Shown here: piece by piece, positions 34,378 through 43,642 of the stretch
How the letters are laid out: every line of letters begins with the position of its first letter
Position numbering within the stretch: position 1 is the first letter of the stretch
Origin: a virus
Taxonomy: Duplodnaviria > Heunggongvirae > Uroviricota > Caudoviricetes
DNA length: 64,000 bases
Strand: one strand, 5' to 3'
IMG/VR virus record: IMGVR_UViG_3300006145_000006
Coordinates: 2,480 to 66,479 of that record
Made by a program: the position numbers and the translations under genes
Notes under the pieces: model-generated
The model's input: the letters and a program-made list of their open reading frames with translations, nothing else
Databases searched by the model: none
Told to the model about the DNA's origin: nothing

Positions 34378-34660
34378 TGTGTCGCTTCATCTTGGAATCA
34401 AACAGAGATGAAAACAAATCACCGAAGTCCATTTTTTCATACTCCTCAATTTCTTTGATGGCCTTATCATATTCGGCCATTCTGCCTTTAAAATAGTCTG
34501 TTTTCAATACAGCTTTCCGTGATTCTTGAAGCTCTTCATTTGTGAGAATCCCTTTGTTCAGCAAAACATTCTGAAGCGCATCAACAAATGCCATCGCTGT
34601 GACAACGCCTCGCTGAAACTCAATAAATTCTTTTGAAGCCTGTATACTGCTGTCGAGCAT
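34322..34660 (-). CDS. hypothetical small protein
   Basis: 112 aa. Confidence 0.4.
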   Translation of the reverse strand: MLDSSIQASKEFIEFQRGVVTAMAFVDALQNVLLNKGILTNEELQESRKAVLKTDYFKGRMAEYDKAIKEIEEYEKMDFGDLFSSLFDSKMKRHSDSNDTEVGGNEVQNDGI

Positions 34661-34687
34661 CGTGTCACTCCTTACAAAATTAGGATT

Positions 34688-34870
34688 CTACTGGCCCGGC
34701 TGTTTAAGCACTATCGCTTCGCCGTTTAAATACTTCCGTAGCCACATACCGCAGGAGACACACAACTCCTTCTGGTCAAGGTCTCCCCGGCCACCGACCG
34801 ATACATGAACAGCAGATCCGGGCGGGTTAATTGGCTCACGACATCTATCACAGATTTTGATTGTTGCCAT
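34688..34870 (-). CDS. small zinc-ribbon protein
   Basis: CDRC...CVSCG. Confidence 0.4.
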   Translation of the reverse strand: MATIKICDRCREPINPPGSAVHVSVGGRGDLDQKELCVSCGMWLRKYLNGEAIVLKQPGQ

Positions 34871-35269
34871 ACCTGTTCCCCTTCCTCATCCATCATGGTC
34901 CATGATAGCTTCCATCACAATCTCAAGCTGCCGATTGGTTTCTTGGATAATTGCGGCGTACACTTTAGCCAAGTCAACTGGGGTAATCGCCTGCCCCATC
35001 CATTCTTGGATCATGCCTTCCATATCTTCAATACTGATGTTAATGACTGCTCCATCTCCTTCCGTCTACTGGTTCAAATCGGTGTTGGTCAAGCCAATAT
35101 GAGGGGCACCTTCCGAATAGCGCATACCTGAACCAGTCACCTTGGCGGTCGGCGTGCCCACATCCGGCCCCTAAGCTGCGGCCATACAAGCAGGTGGAGC
35201 AATTTTCAGGGACTTGCTTCTTCTCAAAAACCTCCATAAACACCTCATAGAATTAATATTTCATCGGGT

Positions 35270-36028
35270 TCAGTAATCAGGACAGGGATAGCTGTTATCG
35301 AAAAACCGCAACTCCTCTTCGTCAATGATGACCGGAGTCTTGTTGTAGTAGCACTGAACAAGCAGTTGCTCCACGTCGTTGAGGTATCCAAGCTGCGCCT
35401 TGCAGTCAATCGGGCTCCCATCAAACATTAGGCTGGTGATATGATATGGGACGTTGTCTCCATAACCGCCATACAGCCGGAACGAAATTTCTTTGTCCCC
35501 GGTGGGGTTTGCATCCTTGTCAAAGGCAACCTTGGCCCAGTGTTCATCTGTCGGATCGTAGTATGCAAGGAATTCGTCACCGCTGTGGTGGTCGTCGTAG
35601 TCCATCTCTGAAATGGCATACTTCCGATATGCCTCAAAAATCTCAGACAGCCTGATAGACTCTCGCTTGGTCACGAACAGGCTCTCCAGCATCTCTGTGG
35701 TCTTATTTGCCACATCGTCTCCTGCGTAAGAATTGATGATTTCACGCATCCTCTTCACCATAATGGCGTTATAGCTGGAAAAATCCAAGACACCGACAGC
35801 ATCACTAATCTGTTTCTCAACCTTCTCCTGGATTTCTCGCTTGATTTTGTAGCTGTCTATGGCATCTTTGATTGCAGAAAGCAGAGACTTTTCCACGGTC
35901 TCTTCGATAGCCTTCTGAACCACACCGTCTTCATCGAGTTGCCGGAGCTTTTCCCCAACGATAGCGTCTACGTCAATGTTCAATCTGTTACCTCCATTAA
36001 AACAGTCCCCACTCGGCGAACCTCTCAA
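35270..36028 (-). CDS. hypothetical protein
   Basis: 252-aa ORF downstream of the MetK-like gene. Confidence 0.45.
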   Translation of the reverse strand: MRGSPSGDCFNGGNRLNIDVDAIVGEKLRQLDEDGVVQKAIEETVEKSLLSAIKDAIDSYKIKREIQEKVEKQISDAVGVLDFSSYNAIMVKRMREIINSYAGDDVANKTTEMLESLFVTKRESIRLSEIFEAYRKYAISEMDYDDHHSGDEFLAYYDPTDEHWAKVAFDKDANPTGDKEISFRLYGGYGDNVPYHITSLMFDGSPIDCKAQLGYLNDVEQLLVQCYYNKTPVIIDEEELRFFDNSYPCPDY

Positions 36029-36812
36029 AGCCGCCTACGGACTTGATGTAGTTTTGGGCGATCTCCACGATTTCGGAGTAGGGACGACCATCCACCGTGT
36101 CGTCGCCGATAGCGCAGCACAACTCCACCGGAGAGCCAGTCTCCTGTGCCTTCAGGAAGGCGTAGATATTGACCGACACATCGGCCTTGGAGAGATCCTT
36201 GCCATGGAGACCACCGCCGGTGACGGAGTCCGCCATGTCCGAGCCGAGTTTTCGGTTCGTAGCACCGGTGTCCACGTCCGTTCCTCCTGTCCAGTCGCCC
36301 AGCGGGTTGGCCGTCGCCCCAGGATACTCCGCCATGAGAGCGCCGCTGTCTGCGTTGCTCTGACAAATGATGAGGTGGTCGCCGTCAAGGATGTACTTGC
36401 CGTCCGCGGGGTACTTGGCATAGATGTTCCTGGCGATGTCGGACAGCCTATTCTGTTCCTCAGTCAGCGGCATCCCCTTGAAGATGCCGTTGTCACCGCA
36501 CTTGACTTTACCGAGCTGGTTGTCCGCAAGGTGCTTGTCCTGCGGGACAAGGACAATGTCCGGGATCGTGTGGTCTCCTGTAATTCTGCGAATTGCATCG
36601 TAAATATCGGAGCATTGCAAATCGGCAGAAGTCTCTGCAATCACATGACAGACACCGTGTCCGATCAAGACCTCAACGGCGATTTTCGGATCGTCCTCGC
36701 GCTGGTAGGCCAGGTCAACAATAGCGCCGGCAATCCTGTCTGCCACCTTATCAGGATGGCAGGGGTTTACTTTCTCAATCATACGATCAATCCTCCTGTC
36801 GGCAGCGCCCAC
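35997..36812 (-). CDS. compact S-adenosylmethionine synthetase (MetK)-like protein
   Basis: MetK motifs: CHPDKVADRIAGAIVD (GHPDKIADQISDAVLD), GDNGIFKG (GDQGLMFGYA), GGGLHGKDLSKADVS (GGGAFSGKDPSKVDRS). Only 271 aa. Overlaps the MTase by 34 nt. Confidence 0.65.
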   Translation of the reverse strand: MGAADRRIDRMIEKVNPCHPDKVADRIAGAIVDLAYQREDDPKIAVEVLIGHGVCHVIAETSADLQCSDIYDAIRRITGDHTIPDIVLVPQDKHLADNQLGKVKCGDNGIFKGMPLTEEQNRLSDIARNIYAKYPADGKYILDGDHLIICQSNADSGALMAEYPGATANPLGDWTGGTDVDTGATNRKLGSDMADSVTGGGLHGKDLSKADVSVNIYAFLKAQETGSPVELCCAIGDDTVDGRPYSEIVEIAQNYIKSVGGFERFAEWGLF

Positions 36813-38206
36813 CCGTCCTCCCGGACCTGGAACGCATCGCCAAGCTGAATTGTATTAGGGTAGTTCTCCATCGTGGTTTTGATGGCGTACTTGTCGATCT
36901 CCGTGGCGTAGTACTTGGTGACATTGGCTCCCAGCTTGTCCAGAGCGATATGGCCACAGCTCATTCCATCGTACATAGACAGCACCTCGATGGGGTCTGC
37001 GTCAATACCGGGCACATAGGACAGAATGTGGGAGATGACGTCACACGTCCACCCATTCCCCAGCATTTTGTAGGCTTGTGTGGGACTCACCGGGAAGATA
37101 TAGGTCTCCGGCACGGTCTGGAGCCGCATACACTCCAATACGGTCAGTTTGCGGATGATGTAGTAGCCATCGGCCAGCTTGATGGGATACTGCTTGTCCT
37201 TAATTGTGATAAGGCCGTCTTTCACCTCGTAAACAGGATGGGTCTTACCATCCCAGGACTCGCAAACCAACCGACTTTGGTGCCCACCGATGACAGCATT
37301 AGATTTCTCGTCACTGCGGATCTCCCAGCACTGGTTCCGCTCATGACCGCCTCTGCGAGCTGCACCACACGGCACGGCATAAAGCCCTGTCTTGGCCCCA
37401 ACGCCACCGCCCTGACCGCAGATGGTCACGCTCTTACCGTCAGGAGAGTACACACGATACTGCTGGCTGTCGAAATTCTTATTTGCTGAGTTATTCTCGA
37501 TAGTTCCAATACGGATCGGCTCAGCCACACAGGTCTTGCGGTCTACGGTGTTGCCCACCATGTTGCGGATACCGTCCTTATAATATGTAGCCCGGAGGCA
37601 TTGAGCTTTGCCGTCTGCGGTGACATTGACTGGCTCGGCCACCATGTTTCTCTGGTGCCGTTTTACGCAATCCTCCGGTGTAGCAAATCCGCATCTGGTA
37701 GATAGTGCATACGCTTTCCCGTCCTCAGTCGTTCCTACAGGCTCTGCCGCCATAAGTCTTGAATAAGACCGTTGCTTCTTGGGGTTAAACACTCCTGCGG
37801 TCTTGTAGTAGTGGGCATCTAAGGTGTATGCTTTCTCGTTCCAGGTTGTGCCGCTCTCCAGCACATCCCGAAGTAGTATACCTCTATCCTCCGGTTGCTC
37901 TACGCTGGGGATATTTGTCCAGTAAAGACGCTGGCGGTTTTGTGCGGACACCTTCGCCGAATTGATAAGGATGGGTTCTACTCCAAGTTCCTTGGTGATC
38001 TGCTCCCTGATTGCGGGAGCCATACTTTTGTTGTTCTCGTACAGAAAATAATCTGGCTGATACTTCTCCTTGGCGATTCGATAGTTCTTGAACAACTCCC
38101 AGCCGATGCCGGATGGTTCAGTTTCACGATCTTTGGTCTGTGCTATCGACCAATGTGTGCAGGGGCTTCCACCCATTAACAGCTTGATTATATGTATTCC
38201 TCCCAC
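36779..38206 (-). CDS. DNA (cytosine-5)-methyltransferase with circularly permuted motif order (IV-X then I-III)
   Basis: N-terminus LLMGGSPCTHWS (PC motif IV), then ENN (VI), variable region, LECMRLQTVPETY...YKMLGNGWTCDVISHIL (IX/X). The extreme C-terminus is VLSMYDGMSCGHIALDKLG...YYATEIDKYA...NYPNT (motifs I-III). GTG start with no SD. Confidence 0.75.
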   Translation of the reverse strand: MGGIHIIKLLMGGSPCTHWSIAQTKDRETEPSGIGWELFKNYRIAKEKYQPDYFLYENNKSMAPAIREQITKELGVEPILINSAKVSAQNRQRLYWTNIPSVEQPEDRGILLRDVLESGTTWNEKAYTLDAHYYKTAGVFNPKKQRSYSRLMAAEPVGTTEDGKAYALSTRCGFATPEDCVKRHQRNMVAEPVNVTADGKAQCLRATYYKDGIRNMVGNTVDRKTCVAEPIRIGTIENNSANKNFDSQQYRVYSPDGKSVTICGQGGGVGAKTGLYAVPCGAARRGGHERNQCWEIRSDEKSNAVIGGHQSRLVCESWDGKTHPVYEVKDGLITIKDKQYPIKLADGYYIIRKLTVLECMRLQTVPETYIFPVSPTQAYKMLGNGWTCDVISHILSYVPGIDADPIEVLSMYDGMSCGHIALDKLGANVTKYYATEIDKYAIKTTMENYPNTIQLGDAFQVREDGWALPTGGLIV

Positions 38207-38288
38207 GTCTGGGAGGTGTCCGGACTTTAATGGCCAACCTCACTGTCAAATTTGTAAAGTCAATAAAATAAGAATTTTATGTTGAATT

Positions 38289-38510
38289 TTGGCGAAAAGC
38301 GTGTATACTAAATATTACCTCCATGGTTCTATCTTAGAGCTGGGAGGCGATCGTGTGTCTATTGTACCCGTACTAGCAGATTATGCGACACTTATCATGT
38401 TTGGTGGTGTTGTTATTCCGTGGGCTATAAAGAAAGTCGTCATATGGATTTCTCAGATTGTGGACGAAAGTCGCAAGAAGAAAAATCCAGGCGATGGCTC
38501 TCCTGAATAG
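38289..38510 (+). CDS. small membrane protein (opposite strand; weak signals)
   Basis: TTG start; one TM helix. Confidence 0.3.
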   Translation: MAKSVYTKYYLHGSILELGGDRVSIVPVLADYATLIMFGGVVIPWAIKKVVIWISQIVDESRKKKNPGDGSPE

Positions 38511-38624
38511 TACACGGGAGGAAAGGAGGCTGGTCCGGCTTATCGACGAACGGCGCCTTCACATGGAGGGAGAGCTTTCCAGCTCGGGTGGCCTGCCGAT
38601 AAAATGCGGCAGGCCACTTTTTAT

Positions 38625-38891
38625 TCACTTCCAGAATTCCCACCTTGTCAGTGCCTCAACTGCAAGGCGAGCATATTCTGCTACCTCTGGTGAGAAGATA
38701 TCCTCGTCGATTCCCTTTTTATAGTAGACAATGGCAGCTCGTATATCAGGTACGTTCTTGGCTCTCTCCCTGACCTCTGGATAAAAGTCGCACCGCGAAC
38801 AATTCCCACCGCATCGACACTCATCCACTTCCTTCGTCGCTAAGCAACGAAAAGTATTACCATAAACAGTCCACGACTTGCATCTATCCAT
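38625..38891 (-). CDS. hypothetical Cys-rich small protein
   Basis: CRCGGNCSRC. Confidence 0.4.
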   Translation of the reverse strand: MDRCKSWTVYGNTFRCLATKEVDECRCGGNCSRCDFYPEVRERAKNVPDIRAAIVYYKKGIDEDIFSPEVAEYARLAVEALTRWEFWK

Positions 38892-38909
38892 TCAAATATC
38901 CCCTCCTAT

Positions 38910-39596
38910 TTACCATGCCAATAATGCATTTCGAACTTTGTCCGGCAATCGATACTCAAGTTCATATTCCGCAATGGAACTACGGATATAATTTCTTTTT
39001 GCGGTTTCATGAGCAATTGCCGCTTCCTCAGCACTATCAAAAGTACCCAAATAATTGCGGTTAAACTCAACTACATATTTGTTTGAAGTTCTTGTTCTAT
39101 GGACACCGCACGGAAGATCAGCGTCAACGGACCTCTCCTTGCTCATAAAAATCATGTTAAATCGTTGGGGAATGAGGATACATTTTTCGGGAGAGTACAC
39201 TTTGTTCCCTTTCACAAGTATGTCTTTGTCAATATGGAGCCTGCCTTCGCATGGATACCAATTATCGTTATACCATCTTGCAAATGCTTGATAATTGAAC
39301 CACTCTTTACAGACCGTGCAGATGTGATAATATGTGCGGTATCTATCTCGTTCTCTTGGACTATAACAACGGTCAAGGATGCTATCCCAGGTGTCATAGG
39401 CGTCTGTGAGTTTTCCGTCCACTCGCGTCTTATAAGGGCCTTCTCCTAAATATCCAACACCACGCACCGTGATATCATATGGGTTTCTTACAGACCCCCG
39501 TTTAAAATTTTGATATGTGGTGCGAACAACCACGCCATGTTCATCGAGAAAACGAACATCTATATCTCTATTGCCACGAAAGCCTACAATCTTCAT
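38910..39596 (-). CDS. HNH homing endonuclease with AP2-type DNA-binding domain (start MKIVGFRG)
   Basis: HNH_3-like H-N-H region (RLHIDKD...NL) and AP2 (KYVVEFNRNYLGTFDSAEEAAIAHETAKRNYI). Confidence 0.65.
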   Translation of the reverse strand: MKIVGFRGNRDIDVRFLDEHGVVVRTTYQNFKRGSVRNPYDITVRGVGYLGEGPYKTRVDGKLTDAYDTWDSILDRCYSPRERDRYRTYYHICTVCKEWFNYQAFARWYNDNWYPCEGRLHIDKDILVKGNKVYSPEKCILIPQRFNMIFMSKERSVDADLPCGVHRTRTSNKYVVEFNRNYLGTFDSAEEAAIAHETAKRNYIRSSIAEYELEYRLPDKVRNALLAW

Positions 39597-39643
39597 CTCC
39601 GTTCCTTTACTATTCTTGTTCGTCTCTCCAATCGCATCTTTGC

Positions 39644-40042
39644 TCATCGAGTACTTTCGTCCACCTTTTTCAAGTCTCCGGTCCAGAACAACCACTTCGG
39701 CACGGTCGGATCCTCTGCCAAACACACAAGTCCAGAGTTTCCCTTTCGAGCCTTGTCATACTCTACGGTAAATGTGCGACCAGCATTGCTCTCACAGAAC
39801 TCTCGGTATTCTAGCCGTCTGTCCTGCCAGCCCGGGTGCCCCTTGATTCTCTCTATATCGAGCTGAACCTTATCTTCGGCCTGAAGCGTTGGCTGTGAGT
39901 CTTGAGCCTCCTTGAGCTTGATAACCGTTTGAACGTCCTCTTTGGACATTCCATTCTTGCGAAGGCGTGAGGATAAATCTCTGCGTTGCTGTCTGTTCAA
40001 TCTCGATCCTCCGATACCTGAAAGTTCTTCACATGGCTCCAA
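39644..40042 (-). CDS. hypothetical protein
   Basis: 132-aa ORF. Confidence 0.4.
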   Translation of the reverse strand: MEPCEELSGIGGSRLNRQQRRDLSSRLRKNGMSKEDVQTVIKLKEAQDSQPTLQAEDKVQLDIERIKGHPGWQDRRLEYREFCESNAGRTFTVEYDKARKGNSGLVCLAEDPTVPKWLFWTGDLKKVDESTR

Positions 40043-40224
40043 AAATGGTCAATCCAATCATAGCCGAGCATGACGATGCCGACCCATGCGCCGGCGGCAC
40101 ACAGGCCGCCCCAGATGGTTTCCGCAGGAGTCAGTGCAGTAGTATTGCAACCAAAGTAGATAGTCTCGACAACATTGACCACCAGGGCCACCAGCAGGAT
40201 AATTAAAGCCCTATACTTCTTCAT
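39997..40224 (-). CDS. small membrane protein (2 TM)
   Basis: SD GGAGGT; 75 aa. Confidence 0.5.
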   Translation of the reverse strand: MKKYRALIILLVALVVNVVETIYFGCNTTALTPAETIWGGLCAAGAWVGIVMLGYDWIDHFWSHVKNFQVSEDRD

Positions 40225-40270
40225 GTTGTACCTCCATCAGTCTATAAAACATCTCTTTCATCAGGTTTAA

Positions 40271-40708
40271 TCAATAGTCCTTTGGTGCCTCGAAAGTTAC
40301 ATGTACGGGCATCTTATAAAACTGAGTAGACTGCTGTGCCATACACTGCAAAAATGCAGCGGCGGTATCCTTCTTAAACTTTTTCGTGTCGAGCTGCCGA
40401 ATAATTTCCGTTTCAAACTCAGTCGAGTGCTCCTCAATGTACTTGGTGATACAATCACGGACAGTATCCTTTACGGTTTTGTTTGCAAGCCACTGCAAAT
40501 ACGGAGTCTCATAACTATATCCATGGCCTGGTTTTCCTTCACTATTTACCTTCTGGTTAATGACATTATCTACGCACTCTTTAACGATTGTGGACGGATT
40601 ACCAAGAGCCTGAACAATTCCAGCTCTGACAATTTCCTCAACAGATTCTTTGATTAAATCCTGATCGATGTTCAAATTCAAACCAACTAAATTCTTACCT
40701 TCGTTCAT
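40271..40708 (-). CDS. hypothetical protein
   Basis: 145-aa ORF. Confidence 0.45.
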   Translation of the reverse strand: MNEGKNLVGLNLNIDQDLIKESVEEIVRAGIVQALGNPSTIVKECVDNVINQKVNSEGKPGHGYSYETPYLQWLANKTVKDTVRDCITKYIEEHSTEFETEIIRQLDTKKFKKDTAAAFLQCMAQQSTQFYKMPVHVTFEAPKDY

Positions 40709-40741
40709 ATATTACACTCCAATCTCAATAAAAGAATAATT

Positions 40742-41218
40742 TTACTGGGTAACCTCCGCCTGATCCGGACTACGGAACACGACTATCATACTGGGGAATG
40801 GTGCCGCATCCCCCGCCTCGCCGTTGGTTTCAAACCGCAGACGGCCACGAAGAAATCGAATTTCAACGCCAGGCTTCTTGTATATGTAGTCATGAAAGCT
40901 GGCTCGGTCAGTTCGGGCCGGGATAAGGAGCACCACGGTGGTTCCGTTCTTGCGAGACTCATCGTAGCATTTCTTGGTCCACACGCCAGTTTCCTTGTTG
41001 CCATACGGAGGATTGCAAAACACGGTCTCTCCACCCCAGTTGTGGGAAAGCCCATCAGTCTGGGCCGTATAGTACCTGTCGCATTTATGGTTTGTATCGC
41101 TTGCGGCAGCGTCAAGCGTGAAATGGAATTCATTGTCTAACTGGTTATATAGGCTCTGCGGAGTCTCCCAGTCGTTCTTGTCGCTGCTGAACATTACTCT
41201 TGCCGTCAAATTATTCAT
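40742..41218 (-). CDS. phage Dam-like DNA N6-adenine methyltransferase (NPPY)
   Basis: WETPQSLYNQLDNEFHFTLDAAAS...FCNPPYG matches the phage N-6-adenine MTase family. Confidence 0.75.
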   Translation of the reverse strand: MNNLTARVMFSSDKNDWETPQSLYNQLDNEFHFTLDAAASDTNHKCDRYYTAQTDGLSHNWGGETVFCNPPYGNKETGVWTKKCYDESRKNGTTVVLLIPARTDRASFHDYIYKKPGVEIRFLRGRLRFETNGEAGDAAPFPSMIVVFRSPDQAEVTQ

Positions 41219-41235
41219 TTGTCCTTATTACCATC

Positions 41236-41550
41236 CTATGTGAATTCATGTCCTGTGAACTCATATCCCTCTGCGTCTTTCCAGTAGTCATCCCGATATC
41301 GGCCATCCTCATACAAGAAATGGGATATGGCCGAGCCTGCACTGCAATCATCGAGATCTCCGGTTTCTGGCAACTCTTTATTAAAGTCCAAGACTCTGCT
41401 CTTGAAGCCCGCCCAGTCGTAACACGTACCATACTCGTCAACAATCTTGCAGTCAGGGATGTCCTCATAGGCCTGTTTCATCAGAGCAACGCTATTAATT
41501 CGTTTGTGACCTTGAAAGAGCGGTAGCCACCCGCCGGATGTCTTTGCCAC
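41236..41550 (-). CDS. hypothetical protein
   Basis: 104-aa ORF. Confidence 0.4.
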   Translation of the reverse strand: MAKTSGGWLPLFQGHKRINSVALMKQAYEDIPDCKIVDEYGTCYDWAGFKSRVLDFNKELPETGDLDDCSAGSAISHFLYEDGRYRDDYWKDAEGYEFTGHEFT

Positions 41551-41658
41551 ATGGACTTCATAACCGAATTCTGGGGGAATCCGTCAGACGCACTTCCTCG
41601 TCCGAGAACCACTTCATCTTTCCGGCCCTATCTTGAAACAGAAAGTAGAAATTCGTTC

Positions 41659-42306
41659 CTATGTCACACCGCCTCCAAGCGCTTTCTTATATCCATTATT
41701 GACCCACCACAAGATTCTTCGCCAACGCTTCTCATTAAAAAACTGTTGTTTGCGATACCATTCAGACACATCATACTGCCTTTTTGAGCTATTACATTGT
41801 ACACATGCTGGAACACAATTCTCTATACCATCGCTTCCAAACGCATCGACGTGATCTCTGTGTAGCCTTTGTCCAAACATCTTAATATGCTCTATTTCTG
41901 ATATGCCGCAATACGCACATGACCTATCAAATTCATCTAATACCATTTGATATTGTTTTTCAGAAATGTGATGATCATGATGATTCTTATAGTACTCTCT
42001 CAGCCTGTCTGGGTTATCTCTTCTCCACTGAGTCATATATCCAGACCCGTTACGCTTCCTGTAATATGGACGCCTACGCTCCACAATACGATCGCGATTT
42101 ATATGCTGATATCTCTTATCCATTGCTTTCTTTTCTGCTGGGTGACTATGCACCCATTCTATTGTTTTCCCTCTCAAACATCGCTTGCATTGTGAAGTAA
42201 ATCCGAGTTCTGGTTTTTGTTTATTCTTGTAGTAAAAATTTTCATATGTGTTTGGATATGCGTTTCCGCAATTAGAACACCTTTTTAGCTCTGCGCCCGA
42301 ATCCAT
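41659..42306 (-). CDS. HNH endonuclease (Zn-finger rich)
   Basis: HRDHVDAFGSDGIENCVPACVQCNSSK HNH motif plus several CxxC pairs. Confidence 0.7.
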   Translation of the reverse strand: MDSGAELKRCSNCGNAYPNTYENFYYKNKQKPELGFTSQCKRCLRGKTIEWVHSHPAEKKAMDKRYQHINRDRIVERRRPYYRKRNGSGYMTQWRRDNPDRLREYYKNHHDHHISEKQYQMVLDEFDRSCAYCGISEIEHIKMFGQRLHRDHVDAFGSDGIENCVPACVQCNSSKRQYDVSEWYRKQQFFNEKRWRRILWWVNNGYKKALGGGVT

Positions 42307-42334
42307 GATTAGAAATCCTCATTTGCCGCTCGTT

Positions 42335-42823
42335 TTATAGGGTGCACATCCTTCTCTTGAAGTCCATATACTCCTGATCATCTACCTGGGCCAAGTCGAG
42401 TCTCTCCATCACATTACCCTTTTCGCTGATTCGGATATAGAGATTGCCGCACTTACTGAGATAACAGGTTTGGGTGGTTGCCGGAACATTGTAATCGCAA
42501 TCAGACGGCACCCAGATATGCTCCGATGTTCCATTGTCGTATGTAATATCAACCGAGGTAATGTCCGCATATATAGTGATCCTATCGAATGGGGACGTGG
42601 GATCATCGTAAAACGGTGTCTCCTGTGGGACATTTGCGGACGAAAACAGCTCAAGGAAAAACTCATCGCACTCTGTATAGTCCGTAATGCAGTTACACCC
42701 AAGGCTGGATACCGACTCGCGAATCCCAACGCAGTCAAAATCGCCAATGTCCTTGCGGTCGAACTCCCACACTTCGCAGTTTTCCATTCCAAGCGCGATC
42801 TTCGTTACTTCAGCCATCTTCAC
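42335..42823 (-). CDS. hypothetical protein
   Basis: 162-aa ORF. Confidence 0.45.
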   Translation of the reverse strand: MKMAEVTKIALGMENCEVWEFDRKDIGDFDCVGIRESVSSLGCNCITDYTECDEFFLELFSSANVPQETPFYDDPTSPFDRITIYADITSVDITYDNGTSEHIWVPSDCDYNVPATTQTCYLSKCGNLYIRISEKGNVMERLDLAQVDDQEYMDFKRRMCTL

Positions 42824-43106
42824 TTACCTCCTGAAATTTCTGAGGAGCATCCCACTCCCAATAATCACCCGTGGCCAATTCCTTTGCAGCGAACCTGTTG
42901 CAACGAAAACAGGGTCTTGATTGGTTAAAGTCATCGTAGAATTTACAGTGCTGACAGTCGCCGCTGACCTGGCGGAACAGCTCCGCAATCATGGCAACCG
43001 CTTCTTTAATGTCGTCTGGCAGCGTGATTGGCACTTCCCAGATATTTGCCTCTGCCCATTCAGCCCACTGGAGTAAGTCGGCCTTGAGCGTTTCGATGTC
43101 CTTCAA
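42810..43106 (-). CDS. hypothetical small protein
   Basis: 98 aa. Confidence 0.4.
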   Translation of the reverse strand: MKDIETLKADLLQWAEWAEANIWEVPITLPDDIKEAVAMIAELFRQVSGDCQHCKFYDDFNQSRPCFRCNRFAAKELATGDYWEWDAPQKFQEVSEDG

Positions 43107-43420
43107 CCTCGCATTACCTCCGACTTTCTCTGTTGCAATTTATCTGCCTGCGCCCAATACCGGTTAGGCAGATGCAAGACGGTTATGAGCTTGTCTTCCC
43201 GGAACAGATATAGCATTCTGTTATAAGCCCTCATATTGGTTGGTCGATAATTCAACAGGAATACGCCGTTCATGTATTGACAGAGCTTCCCGGTGGCTTC
43301 CTTATGGGAGACCCCATAGTTCAGTGCCTTCTGCGCTTGTTTCTCAACGCTCTTTTTGTTTAGACCGAGTCGTTGCCTGATGCGCTTTGTTCCATGCTTT
43401 GTAACATATGCTTCACCCAC
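43103..43420 (-). CDS. hypothetical small basic protein
   Basis: 105 aa. Confidence 0.4.
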   Translation of the reverse strand: MGEAYVTKHGTKRIRQRLGLNKKSVEKQAQKALNYGVSHKEATGKLCQYMNGVFLLNYRPTNMRAYNRMLYLFREDKLITVLHLPNRYWAQADKLQQRKSEVMRG

Positions 43421-43642
43421 AGCCGCTCACCTCCATTCACCGTAAAATCGTAGTTTTATTGGGTTTGGTCTTTATAATTAAGACCATGCCTCCACTCGAA
43501 ATCTGTGCACCTATTCCAATAATTCTTTGTGCTCATTGTTCTCCTGCAAATGTCTCCATCATATGTGCATGAGTGCCCATCCACATGAACATGGCCAAAG
43601 AACTGGCAGTGCTCACATTTAATGTTACTGTCCTTGCTCTTA

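Noticed and set aside
35976-36848. 290-aa + strand ORF
   Set aside because: Antisense to the MetK-like gene, whose translation carries recognisable MetK motifs.
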